Of a stretch of 64,000 bases of DNA, positions 1-6,477 are shown in pieces. A program made the translations under genes and the position numbers. Source of the stretch: a virus. The stretch lies in the IMG/VR virus record IMGVR_UViG_3300032240_001667, positions 1 to 64,000 of that record; one strand, given 5' to 3'. Under the pieces are notes generated by a model, which was given only the letters and a program-made list of their open reading frames with translations, ran no database searches and was not told the DNA's origin. Within the stretch, counting starts at the first letter, position 1, and each line of letters starts with the position of its first letter.

Positions 1-112
1 GGTCTAAAAATCCATTTGTTTTTGCCATTTGATAATCGAACCATCGAACGGCTTCATCTTGATCGCCTGCTTCTACTTCGATCTCTGTATAAAAAATATA
101 TTTGCTAGTCAT
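1..112 (-). CDS. Small hypothetical protein, runs off the left edge (MTSKYIFYTEIEVEAGDQDEAVRWFDYQMAKTNGFLD...)
   Basis: Manual translation; ATG at 112 overlaps the end of the 105..332 ORF. Confidence 0.6.
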   Translation of the reverse strand, partial: MTSKYIFYTEIEVEAGDQDEAVRWFDYQMAKTNGFLD

Positions 113-332
113 TTAATTCACTATCCAATCCTACATAAACTGTTGTCCAAAAATCCTCTGGAATAAATCTATGTCTTTCGGGATTATAGGTAGGGCGAAC
201 CTTGCAAGCAAACGCAAGATAACCTTCGGGTGTAGAGTGTCGCATATCCTTACGGAAATCTGCATATTGGATTATGCCTTGTCCTTTTGAGGACTTTACA
301 TATTTGCCTTCTAAGGCTTCTGAGATTAGCAT
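105..332 (-). CDS. Hypothetical early protein (75 aa)
   Basis: ORF track; RBS GAAGGT upstream; promoter at 371-399. Confidence 0.75.
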   Translation of the reverse strand: MLISEALEGKYVKSSKGQGIIQYADFRKDMRHSTPEGYLAFACKVRPTYNPERHRFIPEDFWTTVYVGLDSELND

Positions 333-370
333 ATTTGCTACCTTCTTTCTTTATTTAACTTGATACTAGT

Positions 371-411
371 ATCCTATCAGATACCACCGACATTATCAAC
401 ACGACACGCCG
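371..411 (-). promoter_or_regulatory. Leftward promoter TTGATA-17-TAGGAT with an embedded RecA-NDp/PafBC-type motif (TGTCGGTG-8-TAGGAT) and an upstream CGGCGTGTCG box
   Basis: Reverse complement reads cggcgtgtcgtg-TTGATA-aTGTCGGTGgtatctga-TAGGAT. Confidence 0.75.
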
Positions 412-453
412 TAACCGATAGAACTTTCTTTATTTAATTTTTCTTACTCTGTA

Positions 454-555
454 AGTCTATCCTATTAGTCTAAAAATATCAACTTACTAGCGAGTAGTCT
501 TAAATAATGAGACGCTCAACCTGTGTGATAAAAATCATAGTGTGGCGACACGCCC
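454..555 (-). promoter_or_regulatory. Leftward promoter module TTGATA-17-TAGACT with a 17-bp palindrome (497-513), a CRP-like site (524-539) and a CGACACGCC box (546-554)
   Basis: Motifs read directly; inverted homolog of 2412-2525. Confidence 0.7.
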
Positions 556-569
556 GAGTGCGACGTCGC

Positions 570-597
570 AAAAATGAGCAGTTTTTATTCTTGCTCA
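570..597 (-). terminator. Intrinsic terminator of the leftward early operon
   Basis: Hairpin TGAGCA-(11)-TGCTCA followed by a T run on the minus strand. Confidence 0.65.
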
Positions 598-609
598 GGA
601 ATTTTATTT

Positions 610-732
610 TTATTTAATTTGTGAATTTAAATTTTTATATTCTGTTTTGATATCAACATACATCCAATGTAGTCCAATCATTGCAGGAACAAACAAAATT
701 ATTTGCACGAGTGAAGTTATTAGTCTAATCAT
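610..732 (-). CDS. Small membrane protein (40 aa, MIRLITSLVQIILFVPAMIGLHWMYVDIKTEYKNLNSQIK)
   Basis: Manual translation; hydrophobic N-terminal half; start coupled to the upstream stop; GGAGG-type RBS. Confidence 0.6.
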   Translation of the reverse strand: MIRLITSLVQIILFVPAMIGLHWMYVDIKTEYKNLNSQIK

Positions 733-923
733 TATTTTACATCTCCTCCTTCATCATTTCCCCAGCAAGCCAACTCAAAACGATTTGGCGAGAAGTTCTT
801 ATTATCTGCAAAAAAGAAATCTGAGAAGTCAATTACTAGATCGTGAAATACATCTGAGTCAATTCGATTTCGATTTTCATTTAGAATATCTGCTACGCTT
901 ACATAGTCTTTACGGCTCATCAT
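732..923 (-). CDS. Hypothetical protein (63 aa, MMSRKDYV...)
   Basis: ORF track; GAGG RBS; coupled in the operon. Confidence 0.75.
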   Translation of the reverse strand: MMSRKDYVSVADILNENRNRIDSDVFHDLVIDFSDFFFADNKNFSPNRFELACWGNDEGGDVK

Positions 924-1090
924 TAGGCGTTTACCTCTTTCATCATTTCGATATTATTTTTAATCATTAGGTAAGCAGTTGCACAAGTGTAGCAATACTT
1001 TTCTGTCGGGATACCACCTAGCATAAAGGCATCTGTGCCACTATAAACTAAGTTTGTGTTTTCGCAATTTATTACTGAGCAGGTTTTCAT
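923..1090 (-). CDS. Small Cys-rich protein (55 aa; CxxxxC...CxxC)
   Basis: Manual translation MKTCSVINCE...KYCYTCATAY...; exactly fills the gap with 1-nt stop/start overlaps. Confidence 0.7.
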   Translation of the reverse strand: MKTCSVINCENTNLVYSGTDAFMLGGIPTEKYCYTCATAYLMIKNNIEMMKEVNA

Positions 1091-1281
1091 TATTCTAGTT
1101 CCACCTTTGCAAAAGTATTATTTTGATTTAATTTATTAAAGATATCCTCATTAAGAAGAAAAGACTCAAAAATCTTTGCAAGAAATTTCTCGGGATTTTC
1201 TAACGCAAGAATTTGTTTAGAAGTGCGATGGTTTTCGTCAAGGGTAGTAACGAGATTTATAGAGTGTTTAATTTGTACCAT
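1090..1281 (-). CDS. Hypothetical protein (63 aa)
   Basis: ORF track; stop/start overlaps with neighbours. Confidence 0.7.
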   Translation of the reverse strand: MVQIKHSINLVTTLDENHRTSKQILALENPEKFLAKIFESFLLNEDIFNKLNQNNTFAKVELE

Positions 1282-1472
1282 TAGTTAGACACCAACGCCT
1301 TTCCGTGAAGAATACCCGATACGCCTAGAGCGTCGCAAGATACACGGACTGAAATACCTACTGGCAACTTAGTAGGATACTGGCTAATGAACTGAGCCAC
1401 AGCACCCTTAGAGGGTAGAGGGATACGGGTTTCTGTTCCCGAGAAGTTTTCGATTTTTATAGTGTAAGTCAT
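1281..1472 (-). CDS. Hypothetical protein (start reassigned to MTYTIKIENF)
   Basis: RBS GAAAGGAAG precedes ATG at 1472; the longer track ORF overlaps the promoter. Confidence 0.75.
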   Translation of the reverse strand: MTYTIKIENFSGTETRIPLPSKGAVAQFISQYPTKLPVGISVRVSCDALGVSGILHGKALVSN

Positions 1473-1506
1473 TTTGACTTCCTTTCTTAGTTTTTTTATT
1501 AGGATT

Positions 1507-1529
1507 ATTTTATCAGTTAGCACCGACAT
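1507..1529 (-). promoter_or_regulatory. RecA-NDp/PafBC-type promoter (TGTCGGTG-8nt-TAAAAT) with no canonical -35
   Basis: Reverse complement aTGTCGGTG-ctaactga-TAAAAT matches the actinobacterial TGTCRGTG-N8-TANNNT motif. Confidence 0.7.
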
Positions 1530-1546
1530 TGGGCGGGGAATCTAGA

Positions 1547-1741
1547 TTACTTACCTAGAGTCCATTTAGAATAGACAGTACCTCTATCCTCATCATAGAA
1601 CGAGAACGATTTGATATTCTGTTCACATACTTCACAGAAGGTAAAGTAATCGGCAGAATAGAAGTCGTGTGCTACTACTGAGATAGCAGACTCATTAGGA
1701 ATATGCTTTTCGCATACTGTATTTTTTGTTAGTGTAGTCAT
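1547..1741 (-). CDS. Small putative Zn-binding protein (CxxH...CxxC)
   Basis: ORF track; RBS GAAAGGTGG supports the start at 1741. Confidence 0.7.
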   Translation of the reverse strand: MTTLTKNTVCEKHIPNESAISVVAHDFYSADYFTFCEVCEQNIKSFSFYDEDRGTVYSKWTLGK

Positions 1742-1796
1742 TTTGACCACCTTTCTTTAGTTAGTTATTTATTCTTATTTAATTGTTATGACTGTA

Positions 1797-1862
1797 AGTC
1801 TAGCATAGATACCCTGAAAAGTCAAGGCGACACGCCGTATCTAGAATGTGATTTAGATCACA
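1797..1862 (-). promoter_or_regulatory. Leftward promoter TTGACT-17-TAGACT with a CGGCGTGTCG box (1828-1837) and a perfect CRP/GlxR-type site TGTGA-N6-TCACA (1847-1862)
   Basis: Read directly from the sequence. Confidence 0.75.
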
Positions 1863-2086
1863 CCTAGAACCTTTAAGCGGAAGAAGTTATCCACATCTCT
1901 GAGGGTAACTGAGGACATATCCTGACAATTCGGACATCCAAATTGAATAGGTAGATCAGTGAGCGAGAACTCTAGATCAGTTTCTATGCTTACCTTACAG
2001 GTAGAGCAGATGGCAGATTCTAAATAGAATCCGTTAGGGCAATCAGTGTGAACTTCACACTTACCCATCTTTATTACTAGTGACAT
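1853..2086 (-). CDS. Small Zn-ribbon-like protein (CxxC...CxxC)
   Basis: ORF track; RBS GAAAGGA. Confidence 0.7.
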   Translation of the reverse strand: MSLVIKMGKCEVHTDCPNGFYLESAICSTCKVSIETDLEFSLTDLPIQFGCPNCQDMSSVTLRDVDNFFRLKVLGVI

Positions 2087-2136
2087 TTTATTGTCCTTTC
2101 TTGTTAATAACCTTTATTAACTTTCTTTATACTAGA

Positions 2137-2226
2137 ATAATAACACATTAAATCCCAAAAGTCAAACGACACGCCGTATTTCGCAGATGAACAGAAGATG
2201 AACAACAATGCACATAGTTATCCACA
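2137..2226 (-). promoter_or_regulatory. Leftward promoter TTGACT-17-TATTAT with a CGGCGTGTCG box (2167-2176), an 11-bp-period GTTCATC direct repeat (2186-2203) and a DnaA box TTATCCACA (2218-2226)
   Basis: Read directly from the sequence. Confidence 0.7.
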
Positions 2227-2261
2227 GGCGACGTGCAATGTCCGATTTGTACTATATGTCT

Positions 2262-2327
2262 TGTGGTATAGATCACATGCGACACGCCGTTCTAGGACTT
2301 GACTTTTTGACTAATGTATGTTAGTAT
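2262..2327 (+). promoter_or_regulatory. Rightward promoter P1, TTGACT(2299)-17-TAGTAT(2322), with a CRP-like site (2262-2277) and CGACACGCCG (2280-2289)
   Basis: Read directly from the sequence. Confidence 0.75.
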
Positions 2328-2379
2328 TACTACTATAAGAATTAAATATAGATAAAGGTTATTGAGCCTACCAAATAAA

Positions 2380-2395
2380 TCGAACAGATGTTCGA
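2380..2395. promoter_or_regulatory. Actinobacterial LexA SOS box TCGAAC-AGAT-GTTCGA
   Basis: Perfect match to TCGAAC-N4-GTTCGA. Confidence 0.65.
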
Positions 2396-2411
2396 GTGAG
2401 CGTAGCAAATA

Positions 2412-2497
2412 AGTGACCTAAATCACATAGTCTGAGCGTCTTAGATTATGAGATTACTAGTAAGTAACTTGATATTTTTGAGATATTCTGTTAGACT
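2412..2497 (+). promoter_or_regulatory. Rightward promoter P2, TTGATA(2469)-17-TAGACT(2492), with a CRP-like site (2412-2427) and the palindrome GTCTTA-N5-TGAGAT (2438-2454)
   Basis: Read directly; homologous to 454-540 on the opposite strand. Confidence 0.7.
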
Positions 2498-2658
2498 TAC
2501 GAAGTAAGAAAAATTAAATATAGAAATCCTAGTGAGCCTGTTGAGCCTACCAAATAAACCGATTATCGGGTGAGCGTAGCAAATAAACAGCAAATAACCT
2601 AGGCAAGGAAAAGCGGTAGACAAAGTGTCTATCTATTACAAAGAAAGGTGGTTCACAA

Positions 2659-2886
2659 ATGAACTACACTACATACTACAATGAAATCCGTAGCGATATT
2701 GCTAAGGAGTTTGGTCTAGAGGCTGCTGGTTATGCTCCTGCTCCTACTATGCTACCAATTAGAATTGCTCAACGCATTACTAACAAATATCCTAGCATAG
2801 ACAATGGTTCTCGCTGGGGTGCAACTAACCCTAAAGCGGTTCTAATCGCTAAGCGTTATATGTCCCTAGTGATGGGGGTTAAGTAA
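2659..2886 (+). CDS. Hypothetical early protein (75 aa)
   Basis: ORF track; RBS GAAAGGTGG. Confidence 0.8.
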   Translation: MNYTTYYNEIRSDIAKEFGLEAAGYAPAPTMLPIRIAQRITNKYPSIDNGSRWGATNPKAVLIAKRYMSLVMGVK

Positions 2887-3045
2887 ATGAATAAGATTAT
2901 TATTACTATTGCTATATCATTATTACCATTAGCAATCGTTACACCTAACGCTCACGCTAAGTCATGTGGTATTTACTATACATATCACACAAGCCATGTG
3001 TCGGGGCATACAACAATGCGACATGTCTATCGTTGTTCTAAATAA
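2887..3045 (+). CDS. Small secreted peptide precursor (52 aa): signal peptide plus a 28-aa two-Cys peptide
   Basis: Manual translation MNKIIITIAISLLPLAIVTPNAHA-KSCGIYYTYHTSHVSGHTTMRHVYRCSK; abuts the upstream stop. Confidence 0.65.
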   Translation: MNKIIITIAISLLPLAIVTPNAHAKSCGIYYTYHTSHVSGHTTMRHVYRCSK

Positions 3046-3057
3046 GGAGAATTAAAT

Positions 3058-3171
3058 ATGATTAACTCAATGTATGTTCACAAATGCGAATCATGTGGAG
3101 ACACTGGTCTAGTTTATTTTGGTGACAAGGAAATCCATATCGATCCATGTGCATGTCCACCAATTCAGTAG
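3058..3171 (+). CDS. Small Zn-finger-like protein (37 aa; CESC...CAC)
   Basis: Manual translation; RBS AAGGAG. Confidence 0.7.
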   Translation: MINSMYVHKCESCGDTGLVYFGDKEIHIDPCACPPIQ

Positions 3172-3192
3172 GTGGGTACTAGATAAATCTAA

Positions 3193-3227
3193 TGAGCACT
3201 CGATAAAAAAGTGCTCACTATTTTTTT
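3193..3227 (+). terminator. Intrinsic terminator of the rightward early operon
   Basis: TGAGCACT-(9)-AGTGCTCA followed by a T tract. Confidence 0.8.
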
Positions 3228-3331
3228 GGTTTTTATTTTTTAAATATGTGTATCATACATCTGGTAAAAATATTCAGATTTTCACAAAACCCAATTTTTA
3301 ATTTTTTTCAGATTTGAGGTATAATAAACAT

Positions 3332-3472
3332 ATGGGAATATTAGACAATTTAGAAAACTCAAATTTCGACTGGGACAAAGAATTAAACTTTGAATCCAAA
3401 CCTATTCAAGTAACAGATGCTATGGGTAGAGAAATTTTTTGGGAAGATCTAGGAAGACCTACTCAGCAATAA
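3332..3472 (+). CDS. Small acidic protein (46 aa, MGILDNLENS...), probably leaderless
   Basis: Manual translation; TATAAT just upstream of the ATG and no RBS. Confidence 0.55.
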   Translation: MGILDNLENSNFDWDKELNFESKPIQVTDAMGREIFWEDLGRPTQQ

Positions 3473-3680
3473 TTTCTTCTTCAACAACTTCATCAACAAC
3501 AATAACGCCATTGATTCTTAGTGTTTCATACATAATGTTATTAACAATATCCATTTGAGGGGTTGTTCCTTCAATCATTTGAGCAATCTCTTCATCTGAG
3601 ATATTTGCTTGCTTAGCCAAACCAACATTAAGATCAACAATTGTCTTTGTCATTAATGCAATTACTTCTTCTTTCTTCAT
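3459..3680 (-). CDS. Hypothetical protein (73 aa)
   Basis: ORF track. Confidence 0.7.
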   Translation of the reverse strand: MKKEEVIALMTKTIVDLNVGLAKQANISDEEIAQMIEGTTPQMDIVNNIMYETLRINGVIVVDEVVEEEIIAE

Positions 3681-3683
3681 TTT

Positions 3684-3896
3684 TCACCATTTCTCTATTG
3701 GGCATTTAGCCTGTGCTAGGGTTGATTTAAGTTTCATAAAACAACCACATTGTCTACATTTTGCTAATCGTTTATTAAACCATTCGCATTCATTACATAT
3801 TTTCAAACGGGATTCAATTAACTCTTGATCACTTCTTGGCTGATTAGGATCAAACAAATCAAAAAATGTAACATCTCTAGGTTTATCTTGATTCAT
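3684..3896 (-). CDS. Cys-rich small protein (CxxC...CxxCGC...CPxxKW; DUF6171-like), paralog of 10310..10516
   Basis: Cys pattern and pairwise similarity. Confidence 0.8.
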   Translation of the reverse strand: MNQDKPRDVTFFDLFDPNQPRSDQELIESRLKICNECEWFNKRLAKCRQCGCFMKLKSTLAQAKCPIEKW

Positions 3897-3905
3897 CAGC
3901 CATAC

Positions 3906-4676
3906 CTACTTCCACTCTATCTCCTGCTTATATGTAATAGAGTACTCACCTGTGAATATCTCTGCATATGAAAGTATATCAGATATATACCTCTTGACGG
4001 TATTTACACCTACTTTGTCTGACAAATATTTTTTACCGTCGATAATTGGTTTATGTACAATACCCTCAGAAATAAATGCATCATTAAGTGTTTGAATATA
4101 TCTTTCTTTGCCGAACCTTTTAGATGCAAACTCTTGTCGCAAATATTTTTCACGCATAGTGTTATCTAATTTTATAATTTCTTCCGTATTGGACAAAATA
4201 TAGGAAACACAATCATGCTCCATCCTAAGAGACCAATTTCGCATATTGTCTCCGTACTTTTGCATGTTTTGCAAAGTAGAGTCGGAGAAAGCCATGCGTA
4301 TTTTGTCATCAGGAGATGTTGGAACCTCTGTTGCAAACGAAATTAAAAACGCCGTTGCATATGGAAACTTTTCATAATACTTATCGACTTTATAGTGTTG
4401 ATTTGGATTAAAAGATTCTAATGAATTGTTATCTTCCAGTAATCGCATATGATTTCCAATTGAAACATATTCCGAACAATTCATATCTACATCGACGAAC
4501 AAACACTCTTCTGGATTTACCCCGTTGGCGAGACATAAAAGATTTTTATCATAAGTTCCAACTACTATCGAACCATTAAAGCGGTTAAGTAATTTTGCCG
4601 AAGTAAAACCATCCATATCTGGAGATATTATAATGTTTTTAGAAAACTCTAACGTATCTAATATTTCTGTTTTCAT
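3906..4676 (-). CDS. DHH-phosphoesterase-like protein (divergent)
   Basis: IIISPDMDG (motif I DxDG), FVD (motif II), GNH in place of DHH. Confidence 0.5.
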   Translation of the reverse strand: MKTEILDTLEFSKNIIISPDMDGFTSAKLLNRFNGSIVVGTYDKNLLCLANGVNPEECLFVDVDMNCSEYVSIGNHMRLLEDNNSLESFNPNQHYKVDKYYEKFPYATAFLISFATEVPTSPDDKIRMAFSDSTLQNMQKYGDNMRNWSLRMEHDCVSYILSNTEEIIKLDNTMREKYLRQEFASKRFGKERYIQTLNDAFISEGIVHKPIIDGKKYLSDKVGVNTVKRYISDILSYAEIFTGEYSITYKQEIEWK

Positions 4677-4708
4677 TTTTTAAAAACTCCTTGTATAATA
4701 ATACAGTT

Positions 4709-4996
4709 ATGAATACTCAAGACTGGCTTGGTGTAATACTTACTACACTATCAATTGTAGCACTAGTATGTGGAGCAATCAAGTGGTATATTGGAACCCA
4801 AGTAAAACCAGTTATAGAAGCAATTGAAGATATTCGTTCTGAAACAAAAACAAATGGCGGATCTTCAATGCGTGATGAAATTAGATCAATTAAAAAACAA
4901 CAAGAAATTGATTGTGTAATTAGACAAGATCAAAAAAATAAATTAGATCATATGTACGATATTCTTTTAGAATATATTTCTAAAAATTCTAAATAG
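4709..4996 (+). CDS. Single-TM membrane protein with a coiled-coil tail (possible holin-like)
   Basis: N-terminal TM; NGGSSMRD motif; TATAAT upstream. Confidence 0.55.
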   Translation: MNTQDWLGVILTTLSIVALVCGAIKWYIGTQVKPVIEAIEDIRSETKTNGGSSMRDEIRSIKKQQEIDCVIRQDQKNKLDHMYDILLEYISKNSK

Positions 4997-5232
4997 TTTT
5001 TACTATATATAATATATAAGATATAAACACTTTAAAGATAGTTCTTTTTTCTTATATATATTAAAGTATACACCATTGATTTTTATGCTTATTAATACAA
5101 AAGTATATAAAATGGACAAAAGGTATTGTAACAATTAGGTAAACTTTTTAAAAACAATAAAATTATGTCCGTTTTATACTGATATAGTATATATTTATTA
5201 ATATTTTAATAGGTGGTATAATAATTTGTATT
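4997..5232. other. Extremely AT-rich intergenic region with TA runs and an inverted repeat; candidate origin or regulatory region
   Basis: ATATATAAGA...TCTTATATAT; no ORF. Confidence 0.35.
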
Positions 5233-5619
5233 ATGACTAACTGTTGTGGACCTGAAGTTTTTGGTGCTGATCCCATTCACATTAAATGGAATGTTGTTAG
5301 AGGAGATAAAGCATCTATTCGTGTTGAATTTCTTGATAATGATGAAGTAACTTATTTTTCTATTGTTGATTGGACTTTTCAATCTTTTGCCTATGATCCA
5401 AAAGGAGATATCATTGATGAGTTATCTGTTATTCCTGGAAATGGTTATGTAGATATTGTTGCACCTTCTGATTTAACACAATATTGGGGAACTGGTTATA
5501 CTTCAGTTGTTGCAGAATTAACTTTTGATCTTCAAGTAACACTTGCAGACTCTACTGTATGGACACCAATTATAGGTGCTATAAGGGTCTTAGGAGATGT
5601 TTCAGGAGCAGGTCTATAA
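5233..5619 (+). CDS. Virion structural protein, BppU-N/Ig-like
   Basis: W-x-V-V-RGD N-terminal motif; similar to 6478 and 14074. Confidence 0.6.
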   Translation: MTNCCGPEVFGADPIHIKWNVVRGDKASIRVEFLDNDEVTYFSIVDWTFQSFAYDPKGDIIDELSVIPGNGYVDIVAPSDLTQYWGTGYTSVVAELTFDLQVTLADSTVWTPIIGAIRVLGDVSGAGL

Positions 5620-5706
5620 GTGGCTGTCATAAAAGTTTCCAACACCCCTAAACCTCTTCCAGCAATTATTCGTATTGGCAAAAAAGTATTTAAAATAAAT
5701 AAATAG
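5620..5706 (+). CDS. Short basic peptide (28 aa, MAVIKVSNTPKPLPAIIRIGKKVFKINK)
   Basis: Manual translation; GTG directly after the upstream stop; GGAG RBS. Confidence 0.4.
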   Translation: MAVIKVSNTPKPLPAIIRIGKKVFKINK

Positions 5707-5723
5707 TATGAGATAATACATCT

Positions 5724-6470
5724 ATGGCTGTTTCTAAATCTATGGAGTTCCCTGGTGTTCAAAAATCAAGTTATGCAGCACAAGTTCAACAAAGTCAGCC
5801 AAGTGATTATCAAGAAAACACCTTATCTTTTTTACCCGTACCTGGACCAGTAGGACCACAAGGCCCATCAGGCAGAGACGGTAAAGATGGTAAAGATGGA
5901 GTTCCTGGAGAAAAAGGACCAGAAGGACCACAAGGCAAACAAGGTCCAAAAGGAGAAAAAGGTGCTAATGGAAAAGATGGAGTCAGTTCATTATCTTCTG
6001 CTGGTCAACAAGCAGGTTGGGCATCTTATTTTAATAAATTAAAAAACATAACAAAACTTGGAGTTACTCAAGGTGATGACGGATGGGTTACAGTTTATAT
6101 AAATTCTGAAGGATCTGAAAATGAAACTTACTTACCAAAAGATACAGTAAGTCTATGGAATAACCATGCAAGAATGTTAAATTTTAAAGGCCTTAAAGAA
6201 GGTTCTCAAGTATTTATTACATATAATTTTGAGTTGACAACCTATACAAGTAATACTGAAGTTTGGATAAGAACACTTTTTGCAAATTCAAATAGAGAAA
6301 TCTCTCAATTTGTTGCATCACTTAAATATCAACATACGTATCCAATTTCTGTAACTCAACAGATATTTATTGAAGATCAAAAGATGTGGGGTAATGGGGC
6401 ATATCCACAAATTAGAACAGATTATGACTCTTCTGTTATTATGAATTCTATATATGTCAGCGTGGTATAA
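5724..6470 (+). CDS. Collagen-like (Gly-X-Y) fibre protein with a C-terminal globular domain
   Basis: GPVGPQGPSGRDGKDGKDG...GKDG triplet repeat. Confidence 0.85.
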   Translation: MAVSKSMEFPGVQKSSYAAQVQQSQPSDYQENTLSFLPVPGPVGPQGPSGRDGKDGKDGVPGEKGPEGPQGKQGPKGEKGANGKDGVSSLSSAGQQAGWASYFNKLKNITKLGVTQGDDGWVTVYINSEGSENETYLPKDTVSLWNNHARMLNFKGLKEGSQVFITYNFELTTYTSNTEVWIRTLFANSNREISQFVASLKYQHTYPISVTQQIFIEDQKMWGNGAYPQIRTDYDSSVIMNSIYVSVV

Positions 6471-6477
6471 TAAAACC

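Larger units (their letters stand above)
2363..2597 (+). repeat. Four copies of TGAGC(C/G)TA(C/G)CAAATAA (2363, 2397, 2542, 2571) arranged as two box-palindrome-box units
   Basis: Direct sequence comparison. Confidence 0.9.

Noticed and set aside
647-970. 107-aa plus-strand ORF
   Set aside because: It is antisense to a tightly coupled minus-strand operon with good RBSs and has no RBS of its own.
2363-2597. Mini CRISPR array
   Set aside because: The repeats are only 16 bp and non-palindromic, the spacers are 13-18 bp palindromes or a long promoter segment, and there are no cas genes.
2441-2623. 60-aa minus-strand ORF
   Set aside because: It spans promoter P2 and the repeat elements, and has no RBS.
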